Below, in pieces: positions 51,659-64,000 of a stretch of 64,000 bases of DNA. The DNA comes from Eledone cirrhosa (lineage: Eukaryota): positions 281,108,001-281,172,000 of the forward strand of contig OZ024740.1 in assembly GCA_964016885.1 (NCBI GenBank), in the 5' to 3' direction. Below the pieces are notes generated by a model, which saw only the letters and a list, made by a program, of their open reading frames with translations, was not told the DNA's origin and searched no databases. A program made the position numbers and the translations under genes. Each line of letters starts with the position of its first letter. Position 1 is the first letter of the stretch.

Positions 51659-52517
51659 TGTGTGGGGGTGGTGGTGATTGAAGCATTGAGATACAAATAC
51701 AAATAAGAAATATTAATTTTATCATTAATAGTTATTAATTATAATCTGGGACGAACGCTTTACCTCTTCTCTCTCAGTAATTTAAATAGCTTACATTTCT
51801 TTTCTTCTTTTCTTTTCCTTTGCCGACACCTCCGTGCTATAAGAAGCACGACACCTTTTCCTGAGGTCAGATTTTATATCAGATGGTCTCTGTGACATCG
51901 TTTGTATCCAATGAAGTTGACCAGTTCTTCTTTTGGGGCAAATGCATTCGATGTTCAGAGAATGGGATTGGCCCCGTGCAAAGCCTTTCCTTACCTAAAA
52001 GCACAGGCATTGCTTGATATCTGACATTTGCGATGCATGGTATCGGTGGCCATAGGCAAGTTCGTAGCAAGACTACAAAGCCCCGTCCATGATGCTCATG
52101 CTTAAGTATCAAGCAATGGCATGAGACGAAATAGAGTTGCAGCTATTATCATTATATATATATATTCAAAAGCCCTCAACTCTTCAACAAGCTGCCAACA
52201 AAATTTAGAGTTCTGCATGGTGTGGGCGTCGATGTTTTACGAAGGTAACCTAAGGGCAGCCACAACCTTTTATAAACTATGGCCAACCAACATAAGACAT
52301 GTAGCAACAAGGCCGGTGCCCCAGCATGGCCTCAGCCGGATGGTTGGTACAGGTAAAAGAGTAAAAGAAAAAATATATATAAGTATGTATGTATTTATGT
52401 ATTTATGTATATTTGCTCTAGGGTACTTATATATTTGATATATATTTATCCTTATCGAGCCCTCTTTGGATTTTAGTCTTCAAATTTATTATTATTACTA
52501 TAATAATTTATTATTAT

Positions 52518-52581
<64 letters not shown>

Positions 52582-52666
52582 ATTGAGATGAGCGCAACAA
52601 GCAAACATTAAACAATCTTTTAAATAAATTAAAATACGATTTAAATATGCACCTGTCCAAAATGCT

Positions 52667-52742
52667 ATTACTGACGGTTTCGCTTCACAAAAGATTGGAA
52701 ATTCAGAGAAATTCCAACGGAAAGATGAGCTCTTCAGATAAC
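52667..52742 (-). ncRNA. Degenerate hammerhead motif
   Basis: gttat-CTGAAGA-GCTCA...TTGGAA..TTCCAA...TGAAGC-GAAA-CCG-TC-agtaat. Confidence 0.5.
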
Positions 52743-52868
52743 TATTTCCATTCTAGAGGACGTAACGTCTCACAATTTGTAAATATATCGCTTACTGCCC
52801 GAAGTATGAGGTCAGGCCGTTAAAGTGACCCACACACATAAACAGGACGTTAGTAAAAGCGGGATTAT

Positions 52869-52900
<32 letters not shown>

Positions 52901-52936
52901 TGTATGTATGTATGTATGTATGTATGTATGTATATG

Positions 52937-53041
<105 letters not shown>

Positions 53042-53440
53042 ATATGTGTGTGTGTTCGTGTGTGCGCGTGTGTGTGTGTCTAAGTACGTATATATAGAGA
53101 GTGAGAAAATGTAACGAAAACGGTTGGTAGCCCTTTTTGCTCCCCTCTCTATCAGTAGCTGTTGTGGTGGTAGTGAGAGCCCCTTATTTTCCTCAGATCT
53201 GCAACAACTGTGAATATTATAACCGATACCAAAATTAACTATATAAGAAATAGATTAAAATAGAATAAATAAACTAATTAATTAATTAATTAAGAACAAA
53301 GGGGATAGATATATGGGAAATAGAAGATTGTAATGAAAAAACAATTATAACTAAGAAAATTAAAAAGTAAAGTGAGGCTGCCTGTACGACTAGGCTATAA
53401 ACTAGAGTGTATAGCATAGATGTTATATAGTTATAGTTTA

Positions 53441-54186
53441 CTACCAGAATGGCCCGGCGTTGCTCGGGATTCTAAACATAGATTGGCATGTTTATCCCTC
53501 CTTTCTGAAACAGTACAGACAAGTACGGAATACTTCGGCCTGGGGACGGTGTCTACATTTTGTGCTTATAAAAAAAATTCGTCGTGGGTGCCTGAGAGTA
53601 AAATGTTCAACGCACGAAAGCTAAGACGATAGGGTTAAATAAAAAGGCATTCGACAAGCCAAACATGTATTTGTTGTGCTATGGTCCAATGAAAGCAATA
53701 GTTACAGAGCAGTAAGCATGTGGGACTGTAGTGGTGGAGAGCATGAAGGAATTTAGTTGGATACATTTAAGGTTACAAAAATCTACCCAATCTGATATAG
53801 ACCGAACTGTTATATCGGATGCTGAACGCTTCGGAGTTACTATTGGGGTCACCATCAACAATTTCAAGGGATGCACGTTTAAGTAGGGATAATATAATCT
53901 ATAAAGAGAGGTAACTCTTTCAAAATATTAAAGAGTTGTCTCTCTTGAACATTGTAGACAAAATTTCCGAACTAACCGACAAACAGGGCTTAAAGTTTTA
54001 GTGACAAAAACGCCTTTACCAACAGAAAATTGAAAAATAAAAGCGGCAGTTAATTTCTTTAGAGCGCAAGGAATATATAAATGCAAGTTTGGAGTCAATC
54101 GGAGTAGAAATGTGGATTTGTACAGACTTTGCCAAACTTAGGACACACACACACACACAGACAACTTCAGCTTATATATGTATAGA
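53441..54186 (-). mobile_element. Complete non-autonomous Helitron
   Basis: Minus strand: A|TCTATAC...(GT)n...hairpin CCCGAGCAACGCCGGG-ccattctg-GTAG|T, i.e. 5' TC, 3' hairpin plus CTRR-like end, AT target. Confidence 0.78.
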
Positions 54187-54760
54187 TTATAGTTTAACTA
54201 GTTCCGAACTGTTGGAAGCATGATAGCCATGCTCTTCGCTAGTTCTTCGTTTGATCAATCTCTACAGATTAAATCCAGATGTCCGATTCCCCACCTATCT
54301 TGAGACTCAAGCACTCTACGAGCGGAATGTTACAGTGAGATCTTACGATATATAATGGGGATGTCCGGGAGGAGATTGGGCCGTAGGATTGTTCCGCGCA
54401 ACCTGCGCCAAATATCCGTAAAACCGATCAAGGTCTCCGGACGAACATGCCTGACCGATACAGAGCTACGTATTAGGCCAACCTAAGGTAACTTAAAGTG
54501 GTTATTAAACCAGGACACGGGAAGAAGGTTTAGAGATAAATTTAAAAAGCAGTAAACTAGGTATAGACTTTCCTATACTTACCAAATCTTCCGCCAAAAT
54601 TATTGGGGCCATACAGGGGCCGGACGTCGAAGAAACAATACCACACGGTCGGCCGGCCGGCCCCCTGTATCACGAATAGAAAATCTTTTTCGGAGAAATT
54701 ATTGGATTTGTCTGAATTTAAAGGTTTATTAGGAACTTTCAATGTTTATTTTAGGTTTTC

Positions 54761-54818
54761 CCGTCTGAGGAGCTGGTGTTATTTAAACTGATAGTTTTTA
54801 GTGAAATATGTATAACAG
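54761..54818 (+). ncRNA. Type I hammerhead motif at a PLE-type 3' end
   Basis: ccGT-CTGAGGA-GCTGGtgttatt..gatagttTTTAGT-GAAA-TATGTA-TA-ACag, followed by AATAAA and (TA)n. Confidence 0.65.
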
Positions 54819-54881
54819 AGTTTTAAATAAACCAGAATTAACTGAATATGGCCTCCGATCTTTTATTAATATAATATATAC

Positions 54882-54952
<71 letters not shown>

Positions 54953-55075
54953 GGAGGTGAGTTTTATTGTAGTACAATAAAGCAATGCAGATATCGGATA
55001 AGAAGCACTCTACAGTTTGTAGGACTGGAGTATGCATAATATAAGATCAAAAGATGGTTAAAGGAGTTCCATGTA

Positions 55076-55142
55076 TTTTATTATGCGCATTTCAAAAACA
55101 AACATCATCATGCAATAATATTTGTGTTTTCATCAGATAAAA
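55076..55142 (-). ncRNA. Type I hammerhead (left arm)
   Basis: Reverse complement of 57502-57568. Confidence 0.88.
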
Positions 55143-57501
55143 CAGGAGAACATGATATGAAGGCTAAAAAACACTTGTGGATAGTGCAGTTTTAAATCAA
55201 CATATGAAAAGTGGTTTTAGATTGATGTGTGATATTGGGAAAAAAATATTTTATTTAGAGAGGGGGGGTTGGAAAGGATGAAAAGGGAAGGAGATGAGAG
55301 AAAGAGATAGTTTTTATAACTGAGAGGAGATATATTTTTTACATAGAGAGGTTGAAAACCGTTGGAAGATACTGTATAAATTAAAAATTTTGAAAATTAA
55401 CGAAGGGAGGATATGTGCGAGGAAAAAATATTTTATTTAGGGAGGGGGGGATGAAAAAAAGGGGGAGGAGATGAGATTGAAGGTGGAGAGGGAGAGATGG
55501 GTGATAGAGAGAAAGAGATAGTTTTTATAACTGAGAAAAAGATATATTGTTTTAACATAGAGAGGTTGGGAACCGTTGGAAGATAATGTATAAATTAAAG
55601 GAATTTGAAAATTAACGAAGGGAAATTATGTATGAAGATAGAGAGAAAAAAATAATAATTATGGATGAATATTCTAACGTCAAAAAAAGAAATGTATGTA
55701 TTGTGGCAATTTCAAAATTAACGAAGAGAAAAATTATTAAGGTTTGTGTGTAGAAGGATTTGAGAAAAATAATGTGAAGTTAAAGTTTGTATATTGGTTG
55801 AATTGATAATATATGCGAATAAAGAGTTAATATGTATTAATAATGAGTTCGTTGATGGGGAGAAAAAAATAATAAATTAAGGATGAAATTGAGATTAAAA
55901 AGATTTATGATAGAGAGAAAAAATAATAATGATTGCGGATGAATATTGTATATGTTATGATTTTACAAGGTGAAGATAGAATGAGGGTAATGAGTAAACA
56001 AGTATTATAGAGTGTATAATTCCCTTTAAAGTAAGGTAGATGGGTATATTTTAAAGAGGTGTATGTATATGTGCCTTTGAGAAAAGATTCTAAATTGATA
56101 AAGAATTGAATATTAACTGTATACTTTGTGAAAAGTTCTATGGAATTTATGCAGGCAGATAGAAAACAAATCTGTGCGTCTATTTATTATAGAATCTAAC
56201 CTAGATTCTATAATAAATAGACGCACAGATTTGTTTTCTATCAAGTATTATAGAGTGTATAATGCCCTTTAAAGTAAGGTAGATTGGTATATTTTAAAGA
56301 GGTGTATGTATATGTGCCTTTGAGAAAAGATTCTAAATTGATAAAGAATTGAATATTAACTGTATACTTTGTGAAAAGTTCTATGGAATTTATGCAGGCA
56401 GATAGAAAACAAATCTGTGCGTCTATTTATTATAGAATCTAACCTAGATTCTATAATAAATAGACGCACAGATTTGTTTTCTATCTGCCTGCATAAATTC
56501 CATAGAACTTTTCACAAAGTATACAGTTAATATTCAATTCTTTATCAATTTAGAATCTTTTCTCAAAGGCACATATACATACACCTCTTTAAAATATACC
56601 CATCTACCTTACTTTAAAGGGAATTATACACTCTATAATACTTGTTTACTCATTACCCTCATTCTATCTTCACCTTGTAAAATCATAACATATACAATAT
56701 TCATCCGCAATCATTATTATTTTTTCTCTCTATCATAAATCTTTTTAATCTCAATTTCATCCTTAATTTATTATTTTTTTCTCCCCATCAACGAACTCAT
56801 TATTAATACATATTAACTCTTTATTCGCATATATTATCAATTCAACCAATATACAAACTTTAACTTCACATTATTTTTCTCAAATCCTTCTACACACAAA
56901 CCTTAATAATTTTTCTCTTCGTTAATTTTGAAATTGCCACAATACATACATTTCTTTTTTTGACGTTAGAATATTCATCCACAACTATTATTTTTTTCTC
57001 TCTATCTTCATACATAATTTCCCTTCGTTAATTTTCAAATTCCTTTAATTTATACATTATCTTCCAACGGTTCCCAACCTCTCTATGTTAAAACAATATA
57101 TCTTTTTCTCAGTTATAAAAACTATCTATTTCTCTCTATCACCCATCTCTCCCTCTCCACCTTCACTCTCATCTCCTCCCCCTTTTTTTCATCCCCCCCT
57201 CCCTAAATAAAATATTTTTTCCTCGCACATATCCTCCCTTCGTTAATTTTCAAAATTTTTAATTTATACAGTATCTTCCAACGGTTTTCAACCTCTCTAT
57301 GTAAAAAATATATCTCCTCTCAGTTATAAAAACTATCTCTTTCTCTCATCTCCTTCCCTTTTCATCCTTTCCAACCCCCCCCTCTCTAAATAAAATATTT
57401 TTTTCCCAATATCACACATCAATCTAAAACCACTTTTCATATGTTGATTTAAAACTGCACTATCCACAAGTGTTTTTTAGCCTTCATATCATGTTCTCCT
57501 G

Positions 57502-57568
57502 TTTTATCTGATGAAAACACAAATATTATTGCATGATGATGTTTGTTTTTGAAATGCGCATAATAAAA
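57502..57568 (+). ncRNA. Type I hammerhead (right arm)
   Basis: TTTTAT-CTGATGA-AAAcACAAATATTATT gcat GATGATGTTTGTtTTT-GAAA-TGCGCA-TA-ATAAAA. Confidence 0.88.
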
Positions 57569-57600
57569 TACATGGAACTCCTTTAACCATCTTTTGATCT

Positions 57601-57637
<37 letters not shown>

Positions 57638-57644
57638 CACACAC

Positions 57645-57732
<88 letters not shown>

Positions 57733-58180
57733 ATATATAATACGGTGACGGAACTAACATAGGCATCACTGCAAGGACTGGTTGTATCTCAGCGAACTCC
57801 CAGAGTATACAAATAGTTATTCGCTTCAATGCAACACACATAAACGGGTACCTTCAATTGTTCCCGAACTCGAATTTCGGCCACACTTAATGCAGCAGTA
57901 GAGTGCACTGTGCCCTCTGTCCGCATATATTATGCAACAATGCATAATCGGTGCATGTGGCTTCATCGGCGTGTTTCACCTAATCAATAACCAATCGATC
58001 GACAGAATTCGACTCCAGTCCGTGCGGGCTATGATTGTTTGTAACGGCCAGCATAGTAAAGCGATTAGCAACTGGAATCTCTACGCATCCCAATGCTGTC
58101 CGCTGATTGGCTACCGATTTATAAATTTACGTGATGACAGGAGACGAAAATTTATAAGCACTCTGCCATATAAGCTCTCA

Positions 58181-58218
<38 letters not shown>

Positions 58219-58914
58219 GGAAAATAATAATATATATTTGAAGATGCAGCTAATCTTTCTGAAATATACATGCCAACTTGCAGTACACAGTGAAAAGTAA
58301 GGATTTTTTTATATATAGTTGGGGTTGAAATTTTAGTGACGATTATTTGGTTAATTTTTGTACTAACCGGTTACATTAGCTTTTCATTTTAATTTGTGCC
58401 GATACTGTTTAATGTGTGATTACTTACGTTATAATGTTAGATGAAGGGAATCTGGTTTAACTATGAAAGGAATTATGTGTCGTATGTTAGCTGACATACA
58501 GACTCTTTAATTCTGGATTGTATTTATTTTTAAAATACTTGTCCCTATTAATACGTTTTTGTTGCGTTGCCTATCATACTAATACATTGTTCGTGGTAGC
58601 CTTTATATTTTATAATATATATATATCAAATTGCACGAGTTACACGATAGTTTGTCTTTTATTTTGAAAATAATTCCTACCTACTATGAAGTGAAATTCG
58701 GGATCGTCAAAAGTCTAGCTGAATACTCCATAATTTGATCACTTGCATTTCTGGCCTCAGTACCTTTAATGACGGTATGCTGCTCTGCAGAAACACAATC
58801 ACTAGAGGAAATGCATTGTGTGCTATATAAATGTATATATACACATGTACACCTTCAAATAGAAACATATATTCGAGTGAGAAAGAATGTCCTAATTTCT
58901 ATTAACATTATCAG

Positions 58915-59080
58915 TTTTTTTCCCATATCCTTGTTAGAAACTTGATGCCGGGAAGATTCGATAATTGATTTTTCTAGGAGATATCTGGATCTCCTACACA
59001 AATGTTGTGAAAATACATTAAGATTTGGAAACGTTGTGTGAAGACAAATAGACAACTGTTGGTGCATATTATAAGAAGCA
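58915..59080 (-). pseudogene. Possible GIY-YIG C-terminus of a Penelope/Poseidon-type element
   Basis: RRSRYLLEKSII....SNKDMG resembles the R..LE..I...N.D.G end motif. Confidence 0.4.
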
Positions 59081-59109
59081 ACGCAGATATTGGTATTTCC
59101 TAAGATACA

Positions 59110-59690
59110 TTTTGTTCTTTACCCACTTATTCCTGTGAGGATCGAAGGTGCAGAGACCTCAAGCATCTCTTTCTGCACGTCCTGCCAGAAGCAACTGTCT
59201 CTAATTCATTCGACTGAAAGCGTGGCTAGACGAGCTCATGAAAGTTATCCAACCATTTTGTTCTGGATATACCTCTGAGTATCCTGCCGGTTGGTTTTGT
59301 TCGTAAAATATCTCCTTCTAAAGACATTCTGACCACACGTCCTTTGTATCGGGGCTGTGATATCTCAATTCGGAGAAGTATCAACTCACTGATCTCCAAG
59401 CTAAACATTATCGAGTAACGTGACTCCAAAGACACGTCGGAGGAACCCTATTTCGGTTGCTTGTATTCAGAATATTTTTTGGTCATTCGCACGAATACCG
59501 ACTTGAAAATAACGAGATTGGCCTTCACAACTATCTCCCCTCTTCTGCTGACCGAATGCTGAAGCTGGCTCATTACTGCACCAGTTTCGGAAATTCATGC
59601 ACTTAAATCAGCCTCCTACCTTCCACCACTCGTAAGCACGGCCCCATGATACTTGAACTTCTTTAACGGACCGGAGATAGGGGATAGCGA
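59110..59690 (-). mobile_element. RTE-clade LINE 3' fragment
   Basis: KKFKYHGAVLTSGGR..ANLVIFKSVFV; RIQATEIGFLRRVFGVT; RVVRM..KPTGR..G.SRTKWLD. Confidence 0.8.
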
Positions 59691-60025
59691 TATGGTCACC
59701 AGATATGGTGCTTAGTTGCAATACAAACGGGACCCCTTTGGATGAATAGGCAACTTCAGTCCAACAGCAATACACTACTAGGGGAGATAGAGCCAATATG
59801 TAATATTGTTAACTCCGAAGAAAACTCCCACCCCAGTGATGTAGCTACGATGAGGCCAGTGAAGACTGCGTGTCTGAGAAAGTACCAAACTGGTGACTAG
59901 CTCAAATAGGACCACGAAAACACTGCAGTGTCGTTTTGAACAATATTGATTAAAATATAGTTTCTAAAAGTGTGATCAATTTACTCGTTTTTTTTCTGTT
60001 TAATTAAATGTTTTCCCTTTTACAG

Positions 60026-60138
60026 AACGCAGCATATTTAACGAATTCTTATCAAAAGAAAACATTAAGTCATTTAGTCCAGCTGAACGTCATTTTGAAA
60101 TATTTGAGGATGAAGTAAAATCTAAAAAGCTAATTTGA
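60026..60138 (+). CDS. Candidate terminal coding exon of an unidentified host gene
   Basis: Strong acceptor ttttcccttttacag followed by open frame xRSIFNEFLSKENIKSFSPAERHFEIFEDEVKSKKLI*; non-repetitive context. No homology recognised. Confidence 0.35.
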
Positions 60139-60993
60139 AACAGACATAATTAAATTTGTTGGTGGTTATATTGTTGTTTTGATAATCTGGCATTTGTATA
60201 GATTTTAAATTCTATGACTTTTAACATTATTCTTTACAGGATTATATTTTACTATTAATTAAATCTAACGGTGATGATGACGACAACTTTGATGATGGCA
60301 TAGCATTGATGACATATATAGAAATGATAATGAATGATGCTATTGTCAACAATGAAAGTTTAGTCATAAACACGAATAGGGTAATGTTAAATAAACAAAT
60401 ATAATTTTTATTCCTTACAGTATGTTCTGCATGATTTTATTTCACGTATCTCATTAAGTGCTAATTGAAATTCTAATCGCAGTTAGAATTAAATCAGTGA
60501 CCCAGTTTATGATTTAATTTGTTTTACAGCAGTAGAGACGCTAAGCAGCTCTACTTCATAAAATAATGTACTAAACCTTCATATATTATTATTGAGAATA
60601 GAAAGTCACTGAAATTTAAATACAAGCAGTTTCAGCAGTTTCTAATTTCAACCTACATTCTTTCTCTAATGAGAAAGAAGGGCATAGGAGAGAGAGGGGA
60701 GAAAGGAGAGACAAATGGATAAGTAAAATACAAAGCATTTGCTATTTGCTTTCCTCAACAAGGTTGCCTCTACATTGTTGGTCTACCATGCGATATTGCA
60801 CCTATCCTCTTAAAATGGACGACTACATTGAAAATACAAGCAGTTTAACTACTCGATATACATGCTTGATCAAGGCTGAATTAAAACTAAACATCAATAA
60901 CCATTCCTTCGACGTTAAAAAATGTCAATATTCAATGTTTTTAAGAAAAAAAAAGGACTAAGAATATAGCGCATTAAACCGGAAGCAACGTAG

Positions 60994-61195
60994 GGAGGGG
61001 AGTTGGCAGAATAGTTAGTGTGTCGGATGAAAAGCATTATAGAATGATATTCCGGGTTCAAATCACATCAAGGTCAAATTTGCCATTCATCATTCTGGGG
61101 TCGATGAAATACAGTACCAGTTATGAACTGGGGTCGATATAATTGACTTTCCTTATACCCAAATTACTGGCTCTGTGCTAATGTTATAAATAATT
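60994..61195 (+). mobile_element. Meta-like tRNA SINE
   Basis: gagttggcagaatagttag (A box), ggttcaaatc (B box), gccattcatcattctggggtcgat..gtaccagt. Confidence 0.85.
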
Positions 61196-62499
61196 AAATT
61201 AGAATACCTAAAAATTACTCTATAATGCTCAATACTAAACCAAGCACTTCCGCTAGTTAAATTGTAGAGAATAAAAGACTAATTTGAAGTCAATTATTGT
61301 TTATCCAATTGTCTAATTCACTTTCGTTGCTGTTTTATTTGATAAATGCTACAAAATAGTAATTACAAATTAAACTGTAATGTATGAGTATTTTCCACCC
61401 AAGCCCCAAAATCCAGCTTGTCAATATATGCGGTATCAACTTTAATCCCATTCTAGGGGTTATTATCACAAATCAAATTTTAACGTTTCGTGAGATATAT
61501 TTAAATATTCTAATAACTCAACCGATTCCAGATCTACAGCATTGTTTTAAAGTATTATTTTCTTCCACTCAACATTCTGGTTTACAGAATTGCATGATTC
61601 TGAGATGCTTTCTTTGCTGAAATTATAACTAATGCATTAAAACTAAGCTCTATACATCAAATATGAGAGCACTAAGTTATTGCTTTTCATGTGAATAGTG
61701 GCTCTGAATTGAGCACTTAATAACTCTATTCAACTTCGTCTATTTTAGTAGGGACAAGGATGGCTACATTTCATTCATTAGGTCAGAAAAAGACCGAAAC
61801 ATTTTCACATATGTCTCTTGTATATGTCAGGGCAAAAGAAAATGATAATGACTAATATACTTTTTACCTTATCGAGTAGTTAATTCTAGTCGACATTTCG
61901 GTGATTCAGTAAATAAATATGTTAATAACTTCTTATCTCTAGCTTATAGATATTCTCGCATGCAAAATATATTATATCTGGCACTATTCACTAAGCCGGC
62001 CCTAACACATTTTTAAGCTTTAACAAAAATCTTCCACATATGTTAATGTGGTAGTGTCAAATTTCTCTGCCATTAAAAAAAATATGTTTATAACATACAT
62101 TTTTTAATTGTTACAAAAATATTATTAACTTTACGGCAATAGAACTTTTTGACACTGTATTATTTTAATAGCTCTGTAGGTGCATGACTGTGCCCGTCTG
62201 TATACAAATATGTATATAAGTATGCGCTTGTATATTTAGCTGTAAAATCAATTTATGATTAAATACCAATGTATGAATTTGTAATTATTTATACACTTTG
62301 TATATGTTGAATTGGTAGTCGTTACAGCTTTGGATTAAAATGCTTCGCGCTCTGAGTTCAAATTCTGCCGAGGTCAACTTGAATTGGTACTATTTATAAA
62401 TACCTGCCAATCGTTACATAAAGTACTAATTTAGGATGTGATTATTTGCGATATATCTTTTGATCCTTTGTGTTTTGAATTGTCATGCAACATCACTTG

Positions 62500-62880
62500 T
62501 GCCAAACTGTATAGACCTGCCAACTTCTAAAATCTCAAACGGGGAGTACCATAAAAATATTGCTCCAAAACGGGGAGAAATGAGGCAAAATAGGGAGATT
62601 TTATATATTGAAATCTATACCCATTTTCACAAGAGAAGACATCTCTCACCCACCCTAAACCGAGTGGGCGATCTACCCGCCGAACGGGGAGAATTGACAG
62701 GTCTGAGACTTTGAACAACATCGCTAGCGTGGATAGAGGAGAATGCAAACATGGGTGACTGCTGGTCTTTCCCACCAAATCATAAAATTTGCTTGTTGAG
62801 ATGATGATTGTGAGACACATTGAGTGATGAAAATCAAAACTAGTCAAAGGCTGGAGGGATTCATGAGGATCAACCACCAT
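62500..62880 (-). mobile_element. Decayed LINE RT N-terminal fragment (CR1/L2-like)
   Basis: FAFSSIHASDVVQSLRPVNSPRSAG and SP..SFLPVLEQYF resemble the pre-RT and RPISLLP motifs. Confidence 0.4.
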
Positions 62881-63351
62881 CCAATAAGGTGCCTATATAT
62901 GTGTGTTTACAAGTTTATGTAAATAGATATATAGAAATGTATTCTCTTACTTGAAACCTACTTTTCGTTTAGTTTCCGGCCACCGTGCTTCAAACATTTA
63001 GAGAATGACTTGCACATGCGACTGTCACTATAAAATCTGTCACATTTTCCCCTCCGCGCAAATTAGGACACGGGCTTCATGTTACCACATTCAGGGTGTG
63101 TAGTTTTTTTTATATATATTTTATATTATGTATAACACAATATTACGTTCTTCGTTGATTATGATCGATTGAATAGTGGCTGGTTCTTAATTTAATAACT
63201 AAAAATAGATTAAACAAAGTGGAATTCAGTGATAGTTTAATTATAAAACAAAAGTATGAAACTAGTGCGGCACTATCCCATTTCGCAACCATTGTTATAA
63301 ATGTTTATTACAAAACTGAATACGTAACTAAGGTATTATTTTCTAATAGTT

Positions 63352-63510
63352 ACAGCCCTTTACGTTCTGAGTTCAAATCTCGCAGAGGTTAGCTTTGTCT
63401 TTCATCGTTACGGGGTCGATACTAAAGCACCAGTAATACACCGGGGTCGATTTAATCGAATTTCCCTTCCTTTAAAATAGTTGGCCTTGTGCCTAAATCA
63501 GAATCCATTA
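63352..63510 (+). mobile_element. Meta-like SINE
   Basis: ttctgagttcaaatc..gctttgtctttcatc..ggggtcgat..gcaccagta..gtcgatttaatcga..ggccttgtgcc. Confidence 0.85.
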
Positions 63511-64000
63511 TTTTCTAATATTTTACTCTTGAATAGAATTTTTTTTTAATTGCAGCACGGTTAAACACTTTTTATGCAAGAATATAGTTGCTTGGGTCTA
63601 GTTCTGTACTTGTCTGATCGAGAAGTATATAAAATAAAACCGACATTAACTGGAAATGAAACATGAACGTAGACGTATAAAAGAAACTTTAATAAAACAG
63701 TTAAAAGTTCTGTTGGTCAATCAATTCATCAAACATCTCACATGAAATTTAATTGCTTCTGCCAAGGTAATAAATCAATCATTTAAATCATTATTTCAAA
63801 TATAAGTAGTTTCAACAAATATTTATTGGATGATATATGGTGCTCAATGAGAAATATTTAGTAAAATATATTATCTCTGCTGAAATATGCCTTTGACTGA
63901 TAGTATTTCACAGATTTTATAATGAAATATATTTCCATAACTTATGATTCCTTGAGGTAATGTCAAATGTTGTCTATATATATATATGTATTATATTAAA

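Larger units (their letters stand above)
54950..57608. mobile_element. 2.66-kb near-perfect palindromic element with two hammerheads, duplicated apex and tail
   Basis: Arms ~55037-56198 and ~56445-57608; 3-nt loop acc occurs twice (56199-56201 and 56442-56444); tail 54950-55036; (TA)n flanks. Confidence 0.92.

Noticed and set aside
57740-58185. Promoter or LTR-like segment with CCAAT boxes
   Set aside because: No second copy, termini or gene to anchor a call.

Overview
Eukaryotic, AT-rich, repeat-saturated animal DNA. The SINE families and (TA)n/(CA)n density suggest an octopod cephalopod (inference). No intact host gene is visible; there is one candidate terminal coding exon at 60026-60138. 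Most of the long ORFs in the track (poly-YI/VC/HT) are microsatellite artefacts. The window is dominated by Penelope-like retroelements (PLEs) of at least three lineages sitting in (TA)n tracts, including one near-complete GC-rich copy with two ~1.17 kb pseudo-LTRs (25287-31236). It also holds three R4/Dong-type RLE LINE relics, RTE, CRE-like and CR1/L2-like fragments, a decayed hATm transposon with TIRs and an 8-bp TSD, non-autonomous Helitrons and two tRNA-derived SINE families. The most striking signal, read by eye, is about 20 type I hammerhead ribozyme (HHR) motifs. Many lie inside non-coding foldback (palindromic) elements of 0.14-2.7 kb with 0-4 nt loops or short spacers, an asymmetric tail and (TA)n flanks, and several have a duplicated apex. 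All alignments, identities and folds were judged manually and need computational confirmation.
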